A stretch of 64,000 nucleotides of DNA from Spirochaetia bacterium (GTDB lineage Bacteria; Spirochaetota; Spirochaetia; SZUA-6; Bin103): assembly GCA_965199955.1 (NCBI GenBank), contig CBDATQ010000002.1, positions 1,056,001 to 1,120,000 on the forward strand, given 5' to 3'. Made by a program: the position numbers and the translations under genes. The notes under the pieces are model-generated. The model was not told the DNA's origin, ran no database searches, and was given only the letters and a program-made list of their open reading frames with translations. This document shows, piece after piece, positions 27,745-37,280 of the stretch (within the stretch, counting starts at the first letter, position 1; every line of letters starts with the position of its first letter).

Positions 27745-29444
27745 CCCCAGCCGAGCCGAGCCGCCACTACCTGCACGGCTACCCGGCGCGACAGAGCGTC
27801 GCGCCGGGGGAGCGGCTCGACCTGCACGTCTCGACCAGCCTGGCCAGTTATTCGCTGGCCGTTGCGCGCGTGGGAGAGGGCGAGGAGGAGGTCTGGCGGC
27901 GGGACGGAATCGCCGGCACCGAGCACCCGGTGCCGGACGACGCCTCCTCGCACGGCTGCCGCTGGCCGCCGGCGCTGGAGCTGGCGGTGGGCTCGGAGTG
28001 GCCGAGCGGCTACTACCGCGTGTCCTTGCGCGGGGAGGCCCCGGACGGCAGCCCCGTCCGCGGAGCGATGGGGTTCGTGGTCCGCTCGGCGGAGCCGGGG
28101 CATTCCGCCCGCATCCTGCTGCAGCGCACCACCAACACCGACAACGCCTACAACCGCTACGGCGGCTCCACGCTGTACTACGGGCCGGACGGACCGGCGA
28201 CGCGGGTGTCGTTCGAACGGCCGTTCGCGGGGTTCGAGCCGATCGGGGACTACCGTTTCGCCATCCGGGGGGAGCTGGAGATCACCACCGACGGCCGCAC
28301 CCTGACGGACGAGATGGCGACCGCGCTGACCGAGCGGGGCGTGGACACCGCCCGTCCCACCTTTCTGCGGCCTGCCCGCGTGGCGGACTGCTGGAACCTG
28401 CAGCAGGCCGAGGTCACCCTGGGCCTGCACCGGCAGCCCGGCCGGATCGACGTGTACGACTCGTTCAGCTCTTGGGCGAGCTGCTGGCACAACTGGGAGG
28501 GACCGTTCGTGGCGTGGGCGGAACGGGCCGGCTACCGGATCGACTACGCGGTCAACGGCGACCTGGAGTTCCACCCGGAGATTCTCGACGAGTATCGCCT
28601 GGTGCTGTCGGTCGGCCACGACGAGTACTGGTCGAAGCCGATGCGCGACCACCTGGAGGACTACATCGGCCGCGGCGGCAACGTCGCCTTCCTCTCCGGA
28701 AACTGCGTCTGGTGGCAGGTGCGCTCGGAGGAGGAAGGCCACGCCCTGGTCTGCTTCAAGGACCACACCCGCGACCCGCACTTCGCGAGCGGCGAGCACG
28801 ACACGCTGACCACGATGTGGTGCCATCGGCTGATCGGAAGGCCGGAGAACGGGCTCACCGGTGTGAGCTTCGCCTACGGCGGCTACCACCGCTTCTTCGG
28901 CATGATGGACGAGGGGCCGGGCGCCTGCCGCCCCAACACCGTCTCCTGCGGCTCCGCTGTTGGCCCATCCCCTCCTTGCGCGTCGGAGTCTCTCGGACTT
29001 GCCGCTCACGCGGCAAGTCCGAGAGACTCCTACACGGTGCACCGGCCCGGGCACTGGGCCTTCGCGGGCACCGGCCTGCAGCGTGGGCAGAGCTTCGGCG
29101 CCCGCGATCGCATCGTCGGCTACGAGTGCGACGGCTGCCAGGTCGAGTGGCGCGACGGGTTGCCGTTTCCCACGCATCGGGATGGTACGCCCGACACCTT
29201 CCGCATTCTGGCCACGGCGCCGGCGGCGCTGGGCCGGGTGGACGCCTCGCTGGAGCAGGCCAGCCGCGCCATCCTGGGCGACGGCGGCGGCACGCTCCCG
29301 CAGCCGGGGCTGGCCGTGATGGGGACCTACACCCGTGGTGGCACGGTGGTGACGGCCGGCTGCACGGAGTGGAGCAACGGCCTGCGCGGCGGCGATCCAA
29401 CAGTGGACCGCATCACGCGCAACATCCTCGACCGCCTGGGCTGA
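27741..29444 (+). CDS. N,N-dimethylformamidase beta-subunit-like protein carrying an in-frame 35-aa insertion
   Basis: WPSGYY, TTNTDNAYNRYGGSTLY, VSFERP, SVGHDEYWS, GGNVAFLSGN, VGYECDG, GGTVVTAG..EW. Confidence 0.85.
   Translation: MTPAEPSRHYLHGYPARQSVAPGERLDLHVSTSLASYSLAVARVGEGEEEVWRRDGIAGTEHPVPDDASSHGCRWPPALELAVGSEWPSGYYRVSLRGEAPDGSPVRGAMGFVVRSAEPGHSARILLQRTTNTDNAYNRYGGSTLYYGPDGPATRVSFERPFAGFEPIGDYRFAIRGELEITTDGRTLTDEMATALTERGVDTARPTFLRPARVADCWNLQQAEVTLGLHRQPGRIDVYDSFSSWASCWHNWEGPFVAWAERAGYRIDYAVNGDLEFHPEILDEYRLVLSVGHDEYWSKPMRDHLEDYIGRGGNVAFLSGNCVWWQVRSEEEGHALVCFKDHTRDPHFASGEHDTLTTMWCHRLIGRPENGLTGVSFAYGGYHRFFGMMDEGPGACRPNTVSCGSAVGPSPPCASESLGLAAHAASPRDSYTVHRPGHWAFAGTGLQRGQSFGARDRIVGYECDGCQVEWRDGLPFPTHRDGTPDTFRILATAPAALGRVDASLEQASRAILGDGGGTLPQPGLAVMGTYTRGGTVVTAGCTEWSNGLRGGDPTVDRITRNILDRLG
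28926..29030 (-). mobile_element. 105-bp REP/MITE-like palindromic element inserted in frame
   Basis: Perfect 21-bp stem 28985-29005 / 29010-29030 with TCAC loop; removing it restores GPGA-YTVHRP; abuts GTAG on the minus strand. Confidence 0.75.
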
Positions 29445-29477
29445 CCGACCGAACCATTTCGGAGTATCCTCCGATTT

Positions 29478-30101
29478 ACTCGCAACGTCGCCGCGTTCTC
29501 CCGGTTCTTCGACGCGCTCCCCTTCTGCCACGGCGAGTTGATGAACTACAGCAACGTCGCGCGGGACTGCGGCGTCGATTCCAAGACCGTGCGGGAGTAC
29601 TTCCAGATACTGGTCGACACGCTGTTGGGAGTCTTCGTGGAGCCGTTCAGCGGCCGGCGCTCTCGCGCCGTGATCACCCGCGCCCCGAAGTTCTATCTGT
29701 TCGACGTCGGCGTGGCCGGCCACCTGACCGGCCGCCGGATCGAACGCCCCGCGGGTCAGGACTTCGGGCGCGCGTTGGAGCACTTCCTGCTCATGGAGCT
29801 GCTCGCGTACCGCTCCTACCGCGAGCGCGACGTCCCGATTCGCTTCTGGCGCACCAAGACGGGACTCGAATGCGACTTTGTCATCGGGCGCAGGGGAGAG
29901 GTAGCGATCGAGGTCATGGGCGGCGCCGACCCGGGATCGCGGGACCTCGCGCCGCTGCGGGCATACGTCGAGGAGCATCATCCCCGTCACGCGATCGTGG
30001 TCTGTACGACAAGCGCTCCACGCCGCACGCAGGACGGGATCCGGATACTTCCGTGGGAACGGTTCCTGGAGCGGCTGTGGGCCGATACCATCATCGAATG
30101 A
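29478..30101 (+). pseudogene. C-terminal half of an AAA_14 ATPase / DUF4143 protein
   Basis: NYSNVARDCGVDSKTVREYFQIL, PKFYLFDVG, GRALEHF, FWRTKTGLECDFV; no Walker A/B; the usual EVK reads EVM. Confidence 0.75.
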
Positions 30102-30139
30102 TCGACTCGGGAGGGGAGACCGAGGGGAGGGACGCGACC

Positions 30140-31384
30140 ATGAGTGATCTGCACATCGCGGACGTGAGCGTGGTGGACGTGGCCACCGGGGCGATCCATC
30201 CATCGCAATCGGTGCGGGTCGCGGACGGCGTCATCGCCGAGGTCGGCGCAGATGCGCTGCCGCAGTCCGGCGCCGCGGCGACCATCGACGGCCGCGGCCG
30301 CTATCTGTGCCCGGGGCTGATCGACACCCACGTCCACTTCTTCCTGGACGGCAGCAGCACGCCGCGCCAGAACTTCGTCGCCATCGACGGGGCCGAGCGC
30401 TGGCGGGTCGCCGTGCGCAACGCCGGCGTCGCGCTCGCCGCCGGCATCACCACGATGCGCGACTTGGCCGCTCCCGCCGAGCCGATGTTCGAGCTGAGGC
30501 GCGAGATCGACGCGGGGCGGGTGGCCGGCCCGCACGTGATCTGCTGCGGCTACGCGCTCATGCGCCCCGGCGGGCACTGCCACTGGCTCGGGGGAATCGA
30601 GGTGAGCTCCCGAGCGGAGGTGCGCGCCGCGGTCGAGCGGCAGATCGGCCAAGGCGGCGATTACGTCAAGCTGATGGCCTCAGGCGGCGGCCTGACGCCG
30701 GGCACGCGCCCGCACGAGGCGGACCTGCCGCTGGAGCTGATGCGGGAGGCGGTCGAGGTGGCCGCGGCGCACGGCACCTACGTCACCGCGCACTGCCACG
30801 CCACCGAGAGCATCCGGCGCGCCATCGATGCGGGACTGCAGATGATAGAGCATGCCACCTTCGCCGAGCCGCCGGGCCGGTACCGCTACGATCCGGATGT
30901 CGCGCAACGCATCCGCGACCGCGGCATCGTCGTGGTCCCCACCGTGTACTGCGCCCTGCAGAACGCCGCCAAGTTCGAGCGCCAGGGCAGCACCTACAAC
31001 CCCGAGGACGTGGGCGCGGTCGCGCGCCTGCGCGGCCGGCTGACCAACACCGGGCTGTTCCACCGGCTGGGCGTGCCGCAGATCGCCGGCACCGACTGCG
31101 GGGCGATCGACACCCGCTTCGACGCCCTGGTCGACGAGCTGCTGACCTACGTGCAGGCCGGCTTGAGCAACGCGGAGGCGCTCCGCTCGGCAACCAGCCT
31201 GGCCGCCTGTCACCTGCGGCTGGACGGAGTCGGGCAGGTGGCCGCCGGCCAGCGCGCCGACCTGTTGCTGCTCGACGGGGATCCGCTGGAGGACCTCCGC
31301 ACCCTGCGCGCTCCGCGCGTCGTGATCAAGGCCGGCGAGGTCGCGCACCGCCGGGAAACGGGCGTCCAGCCGGGCTCGGTTTGA
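30140..31384 (+). CDS. Amidohydrolase family protein (prolidase-like subgroup)
   Basis: PGLIDTHVH, GITTMRD, GGH, VKLMASGG, AHCH, IEH, AGTDCG, ADLLLLDGDPL; alternative ATG at 30098. Confidence 0.9.
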   Translation: MSDLHIADVSVVDVATGAIHPSQSVRVADGVIAEVGADALPQSGAAATIDGRGRYLCPGLIDTHVHFFLDGSSTPRQNFVAIDGAERWRVAVRNAGVALAAGITTMRDLAAPAEPMFELRREIDAGRVAGPHVICCGYALMRPGGHCHWLGGIEVSSRAEVRAAVERQIGQGGDYVKLMASGGGLTPGTRPHEADLPLELMREAVEVAAAHGTYVTAHCHATESIRRAIDAGLQMIEHATFAEPPGRYRYDPDVAQRIRDRGIVVVPTVYCALQNAAKFERQGSTYNPEDVGAVARLRGRLTNTGLFHRLGVPQIAGTDCGAIDTRFDALVDELLTYVQAGLSNAEALRSATSLAACHLRLDGVGQVAAGQRADLLLLDGDPLEDLRTLRAPRVVIKAGEVAHRRETGVQPGSV

Positions 31385-31409
31385 CCAGGTGGGGGCTCCG
31401 GGCTACCCT
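31381..31409 (+). promoter_or_regulatory. Sigma70-type promoter for the DtxR-family gene
   Basis: TTGACC-17 bp-TACCCT. Confidence 0.5.
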
Positions 31410-31446
31410 GTAGGTACGGTTCCGTGCCGGCGGTACCCCGGAAATC

Positions 31447-32130
31447 ATGGCAAAAGCCCAAAGCTCTTCGTCGGCCACGGCGAACGAATACCTCATCCAG
31501 ATCTATCTGATGCTGCGCGAGCGGCGGCCGGTCGTCGGCGCCCGCATCGCCGAGCGGATCGGGGTTTCGGCCGCCGCGGTGTCGCAGGCCCTCAAACGCC
31601 TGGAGCAGCGCAAGCTCCTCGTCCTCGACCCGGACGACGGCGTGCGCCTAACTCCGCGCGGCACCGGGCAGGCCGAGCGCACCATCCGCCGCCACTACCT
31701 GCTGGAACGCCTCCTGGTCGACGAGCTGGGCTTCGACTGGGTGGACGTGGATGAAGAGGCCGACAAGCTGGAGCACTCGCTGTCGGCGCGCCTGGAGGCG
31801 CACCTCTTCGAGCGGCTCGGCCGTCCGACCACCTGCCCGCACGGCAATCCGTTTCCGGGCTCGCCCGATGAGCGGCGCCTGCTCGAAGCGCCGCGCCTGA
31901 CGACCGTGCACGCGGGCGAGCGGACCTCGATCCTGCGCATCACCGAGGAAGCGGAGGAGAACGAGGAACTGATGCGCCGCCTCGACCAGGACCACCTCGT
32001 GCCCGGCACCAGGATCACGGTGTCCGGCATCTCCGAAGCCGAGGTGGTGTTCCGCAAGGACGATACCGGGCAGGAGATCACCCTGCCCACCGGCTACGCC
32101 CGCTACGTGCGCGTAGACAGCGCCAACTGA
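31447..32130 (+). CDS. DtxR/MntR-family metal-dependent regulator with FeoA domain
   Basis: EYLIQIY, HTH IAERIGVSAAAVSQAL, RRHYLLERLL, EADKLEH, PTTCPHGNPFP. Confidence 0.92.
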   Translation: MAKAQSSSSATANEYLIQIYLMLRERRPVVGARIAERIGVSAAAVSQALKRLEQRKLLVLDPDDGVRLTPRGTGQAERTIRRHYLLERLLVDELGFDWVDVDEEADKLEHSLSARLEAHLFERLGRPTTCPHGNPFPGSPDERRLLEAPRLTTVHAGERTSILRITEEAEENEELMRRLDQDHLVPGTRITVSGISEAEVVFRKDDTGQEITLPTGYARYVRVDSAN

Positions 32131-32141
32131 ACCTCGGGTTC

Positions 32142-33647
32142 GTGAACGACAGCCGCGCGCCGGCGCTGGACCGCCTCCGCACGCTCGATCGGGAGATCCA
32201 CCTGATGCAGCACGTCATCGGCCTGCTGCAGTGGGATCAGGAGACGTACATGCCGAAGGGGGCGGTCGCGGAGCGGTCGGATCAACTTGCGCTGCTGGAG
32301 GGGCAGGTCCACGAGCGCCAGACCTCGCCCGAGATGGGCGATCTGATCGCTGCCGGGGAGGCGCGCACCGACCTCGACGAGATCGATCGCGCGTTTCTAC
32401 GCGAGCTGCGGCGCTCCTACGACCGCGAGACCAGGTTGCCGACGGAGCTGGTGAGGGCGATCGCCCGCCAGGCCAGCGTCAATCACGCGAGCTGGGTCGC
32501 CGCGCGCACGGCGTCGGACTTCAGTGTGTTCCGGGACGACCTGCAGGAGACGCTGCGCCTCACCCGCGAGAAGGCCGACCACCTGGCATTCGGCGACACC
32601 CGCTACGACGCGCTGCTGGACGCGTTCGAGCCGTGGATGCGTACCGCCGAGCTCACGGCCGTGCTCGACGCGCTGCGCGGCCCGCTGGTCGACCTGCTGG
32701 AACGGATCGCCGGTTCGCCGGTCACGATCGACGACGCGGTGCTGCGGCGCGACTACGAGGTGGGCGCGCAGCGCGCGTTCAGCGACCACCTGCTTGCCGC
32801 CTTGGGCTTTTCATCCCACACGGGCCGGCTGGACGTGTCGGCGCATCCCTTCTCCACCACGCTCGGCGCCGCCGACGGCCGGCTCACCACCCGCTTCCAC
32901 GCCAATCTGCTATCCGCCAGCGTGTTCGGGACCATCCACGAGTGCGGCCACGGGCTGCACGGACTCGGAGTCGCCCCGGAGCTTGCCACCAGCGCGCTGG
33001 GCTCGGGCACCTCGCTCGGCATCTGCGAGTCGCAGTCGCGCTTCTGGGAGAACCTGATCGGCCGCCGGCGGTCGTTCTGGGAGCACTTCTACCCGCAGCT
33101 TCAGCCGCGCTTCGCAGCCTTGGCCGACGTGGACCTCGACCGGTTCTACCGCTCGATCAACGCCGTGCATCCGTCCTTCATCCGCGTGGAGGCCGACGAG
33201 GTGACCTACAACCTGCACATCCTGCTGCGCTTCTCGCTCGAGCGCCGCATGGTCGACGGCGACCTGCAGGTGGACGACCTGCCCGACGCCTGGCGGGAGG
33301 AGTCGCGGGCGCTGCTCGGAATCGTCCCGGAGCGCGACGCCGACGGCGTGCTGCAGGACATCCACTGGTCGATGTTCGCCATCGGCTACTTCCCGACCTA
33401 CACGCTGGGAAACCTGTACAGCGCGCAGATCCATGCCGCGATGGCGCGCGACCTCCCCGACTGGGAGGAGCAGGTGCGCGGCGGACGGTTCGCGGCGATC
33501 CTCAGTTGGCTGCGGGAGCGGATCCACCGCCACGGCCGCGTCTACCCGGCCGACGAGATCTGCCGGCGGGTGACCGGCGAGCCGCTCGACGCGCGCTACT
33601 TCACCGACTACCTGAACGCCAAGTTCGGCGAGCTCTACCGGCTCTGA
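32142..33647 (+). CDS. Carboxypeptidase M32
   Basis: LQWDQETYMP, HPF, HECGH, ESQSRFWEN, IRVEADE, QDIHW, GYFPTYTLG. Confidence 0.95.
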   Translation: MNDSRAPALDRLRTLDREIHLMQHVIGLLQWDQETYMPKGAVAERSDQLALLEGQVHERQTSPEMGDLIAAGEARTDLDEIDRAFLRELRRSYDRETRLPTELVRAIARQASVNHASWVAARTASDFSVFRDDLQETLRLTREKADHLAFGDTRYDALLDAFEPWMRTAELTAVLDALRGPLVDLLERIAGSPVTIDDAVLRRDYEVGAQRAFSDHLLAALGFSSHTGRLDVSAHPFSTTLGAADGRLTTRFHANLLSASVFGTIHECGHGLHGLGVAPELATSALGSGTSLGICESQSRFWENLIGRRRSFWEHFYPQLQPRFAALADVDLDRFYRSINAVHPSFIRVEADEVTYNLHILLRFSLERRMVDGDLQVDDLPDAWREESRALLGIVPERDADGVLQDIHWSMFAIGYFPTYTLGNLYSAQIHAAMARDLPDWEEQVRGGRFAAILSWLRERIHRHGRVYPADEICRRVTGEPLDARYFTDYLNAKFGELYRL

Positions 33648-33669
33648 AGGCCGTCCTGGCCACGCTCGG

Positions 33670-34716
33670 TCAGAGGTGGCGGGCCAGGAAGTCGTAGGCC
33701 AGCCGGCCGCTGATCTGGTGCCGGCCGTCGAACTCGTCGGTGACCAGCGCGTCCTCGGCGCCGAAGGCGCGCCACGCCGCCCGCGCCCGGTCCGCCGCCA
33801 CGCGCACGCCGTCGATCGGAAAGATCGTGTCGCGCCGGCCCGCTTCGATCAGGCAGGGGCGGGGCGCGATCAGCCCTGCGAAGTCGCTGAGCTCACCGTG
33901 ACCCAGCAGGCCGGGCACGAAGTTGCAGGTGCAGTGCGCGAAGGTCAGGATGCTCTGCCGCCAGTCGCAGAAGTAGCCGGAGATCACGCAGGCGCGGATG
34001 CGGTTGTCGCACGCGGTGGAGAAGTAGGTGTGCGCGCCGCCGCCGGAAATCCCCATCGCCCCCAGGCGCGCGATGTCCGCCTCCGGCCGGGTGGCCAGGT
34101 AGTCGACCGCGCGCATCCCGTCCCAGACGCGCAGGCCCATCACCGAACCGCCCAGCATGATCGCGTAGGTGGCGGCGTTGTGGCAGGTCGACGGCTCGGG
34201 GCCGGTGAGCTCGCCGGCCAGCGCCGCGTAGTCGGCGCGACGCTCGCCGAAGCAGCTTATCTCCGGCGCCGCGACCACGAATCCGCGTTCGGCCAGGGCG
34301 CAGCCGAAATCCTTGTGGTAGCCGTCCGGCTCCCACCGCTCCGAGCCGTCTTCCCACAGGCCGACGATGTCGCGTACCCCATAGCCGTGCCCATGCAGGG
34401 CCAGCACGCACGGCGCCGGTCCGTCGAGGCCCTTCGGGACCAGCACGTAGACCGGCATGGTCGCGTCCGGCCACGTGCGCAGCACCACCCGCTCCCGGAC
34501 GTAGGAGCCGCGGTCGACGGTCTGCTCCAGCTCCGCCTCCACGGCCGGCGCCGGCCGGTCCAGAAACCCCAGGTGCCCGTATAGCGCGCGCCGGGCGTGC
34601 GCCTGCCACGCGCGTGCGGCGTCGGGGGTCGCGGCGTTGAAGGCGCAGTCGCGCTCGGCTCCGGCGTGCAGGGCGTCCAGCAGCCTGAGCGGGTCGAATT
34701 CCGTTCGCTGGCTCAT
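33670..34716 (-). CDS. Alpha/beta hydrolase (dienelactone hydrolase / acetylxylan esterase-like)
   Basis: LALHGHG, GISGGG nucleophile elbow, HCTCNFVPG, IAPRP, DTIFP, FDGRH. Confidence 0.85.
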   Translation of the reverse strand: MSQRTEFDPLRLLDALHAGAERDCAFNAATPDAARAWQAHARRALYGHLGFLDRPAPAVEAELEQTVDRGSYVRERVVLRTWPDATMPVYVLVPKGLDGPAPCVLALHGHGYGVRDIVGLWEDGSERWEPDGYHKDFGCALAERGFVVAAPEISCFGERRADYAALAGELTGPEPSTCHNAATYAIMLGGSVMGLRVWDGMRAVDYLATRPEADIARLGAMGISGGGAHTYFSTACDNRIRACVISGYFCDWRQSILTFAHCTCNFVPGLLGHGELSDFAGLIAPRPCLIEAGRRDTIFPIDGVRVAADRARAAWRAFGAEDALVTDEFDGRHQISGRLAYDFLARHL

Positions 34717-34762
34717 ACGGCAACTCTGGAAGCATGCGGCCGCGCTGGCAAGCGCACCACGC

Positions 34763-34791
34763 TTGATTCGGCGAAAGCCGGCGCGTAGCGT
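34763..34791 (+). promoter_or_regulatory. Promoter, probably leaderless transcript
   Basis: TTGATT-17 bp-TAGCGT, then 7 nt to ATG 34799. Confidence 0.55.
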
Positions 34792-34798
34792 GGGCGGC

Positions 34799-35680
34799 AT
34801 GTTCACACAGGTCCGGGTCGCAGCATGTTCGTTCAAGCCCCGCAAGTTCGACGTGGCTGCCAACGCCGGCCGGTTGGAGGGACTGTTCCGCCGGGCCGCC
34901 GCCGCCGGCGCCGAGCTCGCCGTCGCCCCGGAAGGGGCGCTCGACGGCTACGTGGTCATGCCGATCATCGAGGGTGTCCAACCGGCCGAGCGGATGCACG
35001 AGGCGGCCGTGAGCCTGCAGGGACCGGAGATTGGCCGGTTCCGGGCGCTCGCCCGCGAGCTCGGCATGTGCCTGGCGTTCGGCCTTGCCGAGCGCTCAGG
35101 AGGAGACGTCTACAACTGCGCGGTCTTCATCGACGGCGCGGGCGAGATCCGCGGCACCTACCACAAGATGCAGCTTGCCGAGGGCTATCACGACGACTGG
35201 TGGTTCAACCGCCTCGGCAGGCGCTCGCGCGCGTTTCAGACGCCGTTCGGAAAGTGCGGGGTGCTGATCTGCAACGATCGCTGGAACCCTGACATCGCCC
35301 GCATTCCGGTGCTGGACGGAGCCCGCTACCTGCTGATCCCGTCCTACGGATCGCGCTCGCGCAGCCAGGACAAGGCCGTGCTCGCGCGCGCCAGGGAGAA
35401 CGGCGTCCCGATCGTGGAGGCGAACGTCGGCGTGACGCTGATCGTCAGCAGGGGCGAGGTGGTCGCGTGCGAGCGCCGGGTGGATGCACTGACGGTGGGC
35501 CGGATCGACGTGCCGGCAGCGCCTTCGGCTGCCAGCCGGGACCGGCACGAGGCGGCGTTCCTGCGCTGGCGGGCCGTGGAGATGCCCAACCGCTACGAGC
35601 AGGGCGAAGCGCGCCGCAAGGCGGGCACCGGGCACCCGGCACACCATGATCCGCACGGCCGGCTGGTCCCGGCCGGTTAG
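34799..35680 (+). CDS. Carbon-nitrogen hydrolase (nitrilase superfamily)
   Basis: E-K-C triad in APEGALDGY, YHKMQL, LICNDR. Confidence 0.88.
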   Translation: MFTQVRVAACSFKPRKFDVAANAGRLEGLFRRAAAAGAELAVAPEGALDGYVVMPIIEGVQPAERMHEAAVSLQGPEIGRFRALARELGMCLAFGLAERSGGDVYNCAVFIDGAGEIRGTYHKMQLAEGYHDDWWFNRLGRRSRAFQTPFGKCGVLICNDRWNPDIARIPVLDGARYLLIPSYGSRSRSQDKAVLARARENGVPIVEANVGVTLIVSRGEVVACERRVDALTVGRIDVPAAPSAASRDRHEAAFLRWRAVEMPNRYEQGEARRKAGTGHPAHHDPHGRLVPAG

Positions 35681-35687
35681 CGCGGAG

Positions 35688-35995
35688 TCACGCCACGAAA
35701 CGAAAGCCGTAGACCCTCATCCGGCGCAGGTGGAACAGCAGCCGGACCGGCGTGCCGGCCCAGGCGCCGAGGCTGGCGCCGCCGTCCCAGGTGACCGGCG
35801 CGTCGAGCGCATCCACGCTCAGCGGACGGCAGCGGCGAAGGTCAGTCCCTCGATCGGCGGGCCGTCGTGCCGGGGAAAGGAGCCGGCCGGCGGGGTGGTG
35901 TCTCCCCGCACCACCTGCACGCGCAGCTCCGCCTCCGCGCCGGTGGGCTCCGCGTTCACGGTGAGCCGGCGCCCGGCGAAGCGCATCGCCTCGAT
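35688..35995 (-). pseudogene. Frameshifted C-terminal beta-sandwich remnant of a putative glycoside hydrolase-like protein
   Basis: FAGRRLTVNA...ELRVQV...PIEGLTF then, in another frame, DALDAPVTWDGGASLGAWAGTPVRLLFHLRRMRVYGFRF*. Confidence 0.55.
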
Positions 35996-36051
35996 GCGGG
36001 CGACCGACCGTCCCCAGCCCTGCGGCAGCACGGGACGGTCGCCGACGTCGC

Positions 36052-37221
36052 CTACTCGATGCCGAAGACCTCCAGGAAGCGGTACACGTCGAAGGAGGCG
36101 CTGAATAGCTCTTCGACCTCGCGCACCTTGTCGACGTCGTAGACCTGCAGCTTGGTGCTCTCGTAGAGCGAGAACAGGCGAGCCTCGATGGCCGCGGAGT
36201 CGCCGCGGATCAGCACGGCGGGCAGGCCCGCGGCGATAATCTCGTCGCGCAGGTCGGGGGCCAGCGACTCGCCTTCGTCGCAGGTCAGCACCAGCCCACC
36301 GATCCCTCGGGTGGCTCCGAGCTGCCGGTGGTAGGCGATGATGCTGCGGATCCGCGGCGTGGAGTTGGCGCTGATGACCACGAGGTCGCGCCTGCGGATC
36401 GCCTGCGCGGGCCGCAGGAACTGCGCGGGGAGCGAGATGACGCGGATCGTCCGGCAGGGACGCTGCCAGGTGGGATGGCGCGGATCGCCGATCGGTTCGG
36501 CATGGCGCAGCGAGGTTCGCACCAGATCGATCGACGGCTGCGGCAGGTCCTGGACGGTCGGAATGAACCCCAGAATGCGCAACGTGCCGCCGAAGCCAGG
36601 GAACCGGCTGTTGAGCGCTTCGTCGGTGAGGTATCGCTGCAGGGTGGGGATCTTCTCCGGGATCAGCTTGTTGAAGATCACGCCGCGCACCCGGCATCCC
36701 TTGTGCAGGAAGTACGACAGGTAGACCTCCAGCGTGTCGATGGCGCGCCCGATGCCTCCCTCCGACAGGAACACGACCTCCGCATCGAGCAGCTTACCCA
36801 CGTCGGCGTTGGACAGCCCGGCTATGGCGCCGACACCCGGATGTCCGGAGCCCTCGGCGATGATCACCTTCTTGTCGGCGAGCGATGCCACGGACTCGAG
36901 GATGTGGCGCTCCAGGGTTCGGGTCAGCGCCTCCCGATTTCCCGACTCGAGGTAGGTGCGGGTGAATCCCGACGTGAACCGGACCGGTGAAAGGTGCCGG
37001 GGCTCGAATCCGGGCAGGGAGCTGAACACCGACAGGAGCTGCACGTCCTTGTCCACGTGCATGCCGTCGCGGAGCGTCGATATCTCCTGGCCCACCGGCT
37101 TGAGATAGCCGATCGTCGCGGGGTCCAGCACGCGGCGGAGCTGGGATATGATGCCCAGGCTGGTGACGGTCTTGCCGGCGTGCTGCCGGTAGCCGGTGAG
37201 GTAGACGACTACCGGAGCCAC
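36052..37221 (-). CDS. BioD-like (AAA_26) / DRTGG-type protein resembling the phosphotransacetylase N-terminus
   Basis: HAGKTVTSLG, GYLKPVGQ, IAEGSGHPGVG, SNADVG, GGIGRAID, GVIFNK. Confidence 0.8.
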   Translation of the reverse strand: MAPVVVYLTGYRQHAGKTVTSLGIISQLRRVLDPATIGYLKPVGQEISTLRDGMHVDKDVQLLSVFSSLPGFEPRHLSPVRFTSGFTRTYLESGNREALTRTLERHILESVASLADKKVIIAEGSGHPGVGAIAGLSNADVGKLLDAEVVFLSEGGIGRAIDTLEVYLSYFLHKGCRVRGVIFNKLIPEKIPTLQRYLTDEALNSRFPGFGGTLRILGFIPTVQDLPQPSIDLVRTSLRHAEPIGDPRHPTWQRPCRTIRVISLPAQFLRPAQAIRRRDLVVISANSTPRIRSIIAYHRQLGATRGIGGLVLTCDEGESLAPDLRDEIIAAGLPAVLIRGDSAAIEARLFSLYESTKLQVYDVDKVREVEELFSASFDVYRFLEVFGIE

Positions 37222-37280
37222 GGGTGGAAAGCCTGCGCCGGCGGTTGCGTGCGGTGGCCGGTTGCGGTAAGCATGGCGCC

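Noticed and set aside
27998..31384. 1128-aa ORF as a giant fusion protein
   Set aside because: Only the part from about 30098-30140 has amidohydrolase motifs; the upstream part overlaps two genes in another frame.
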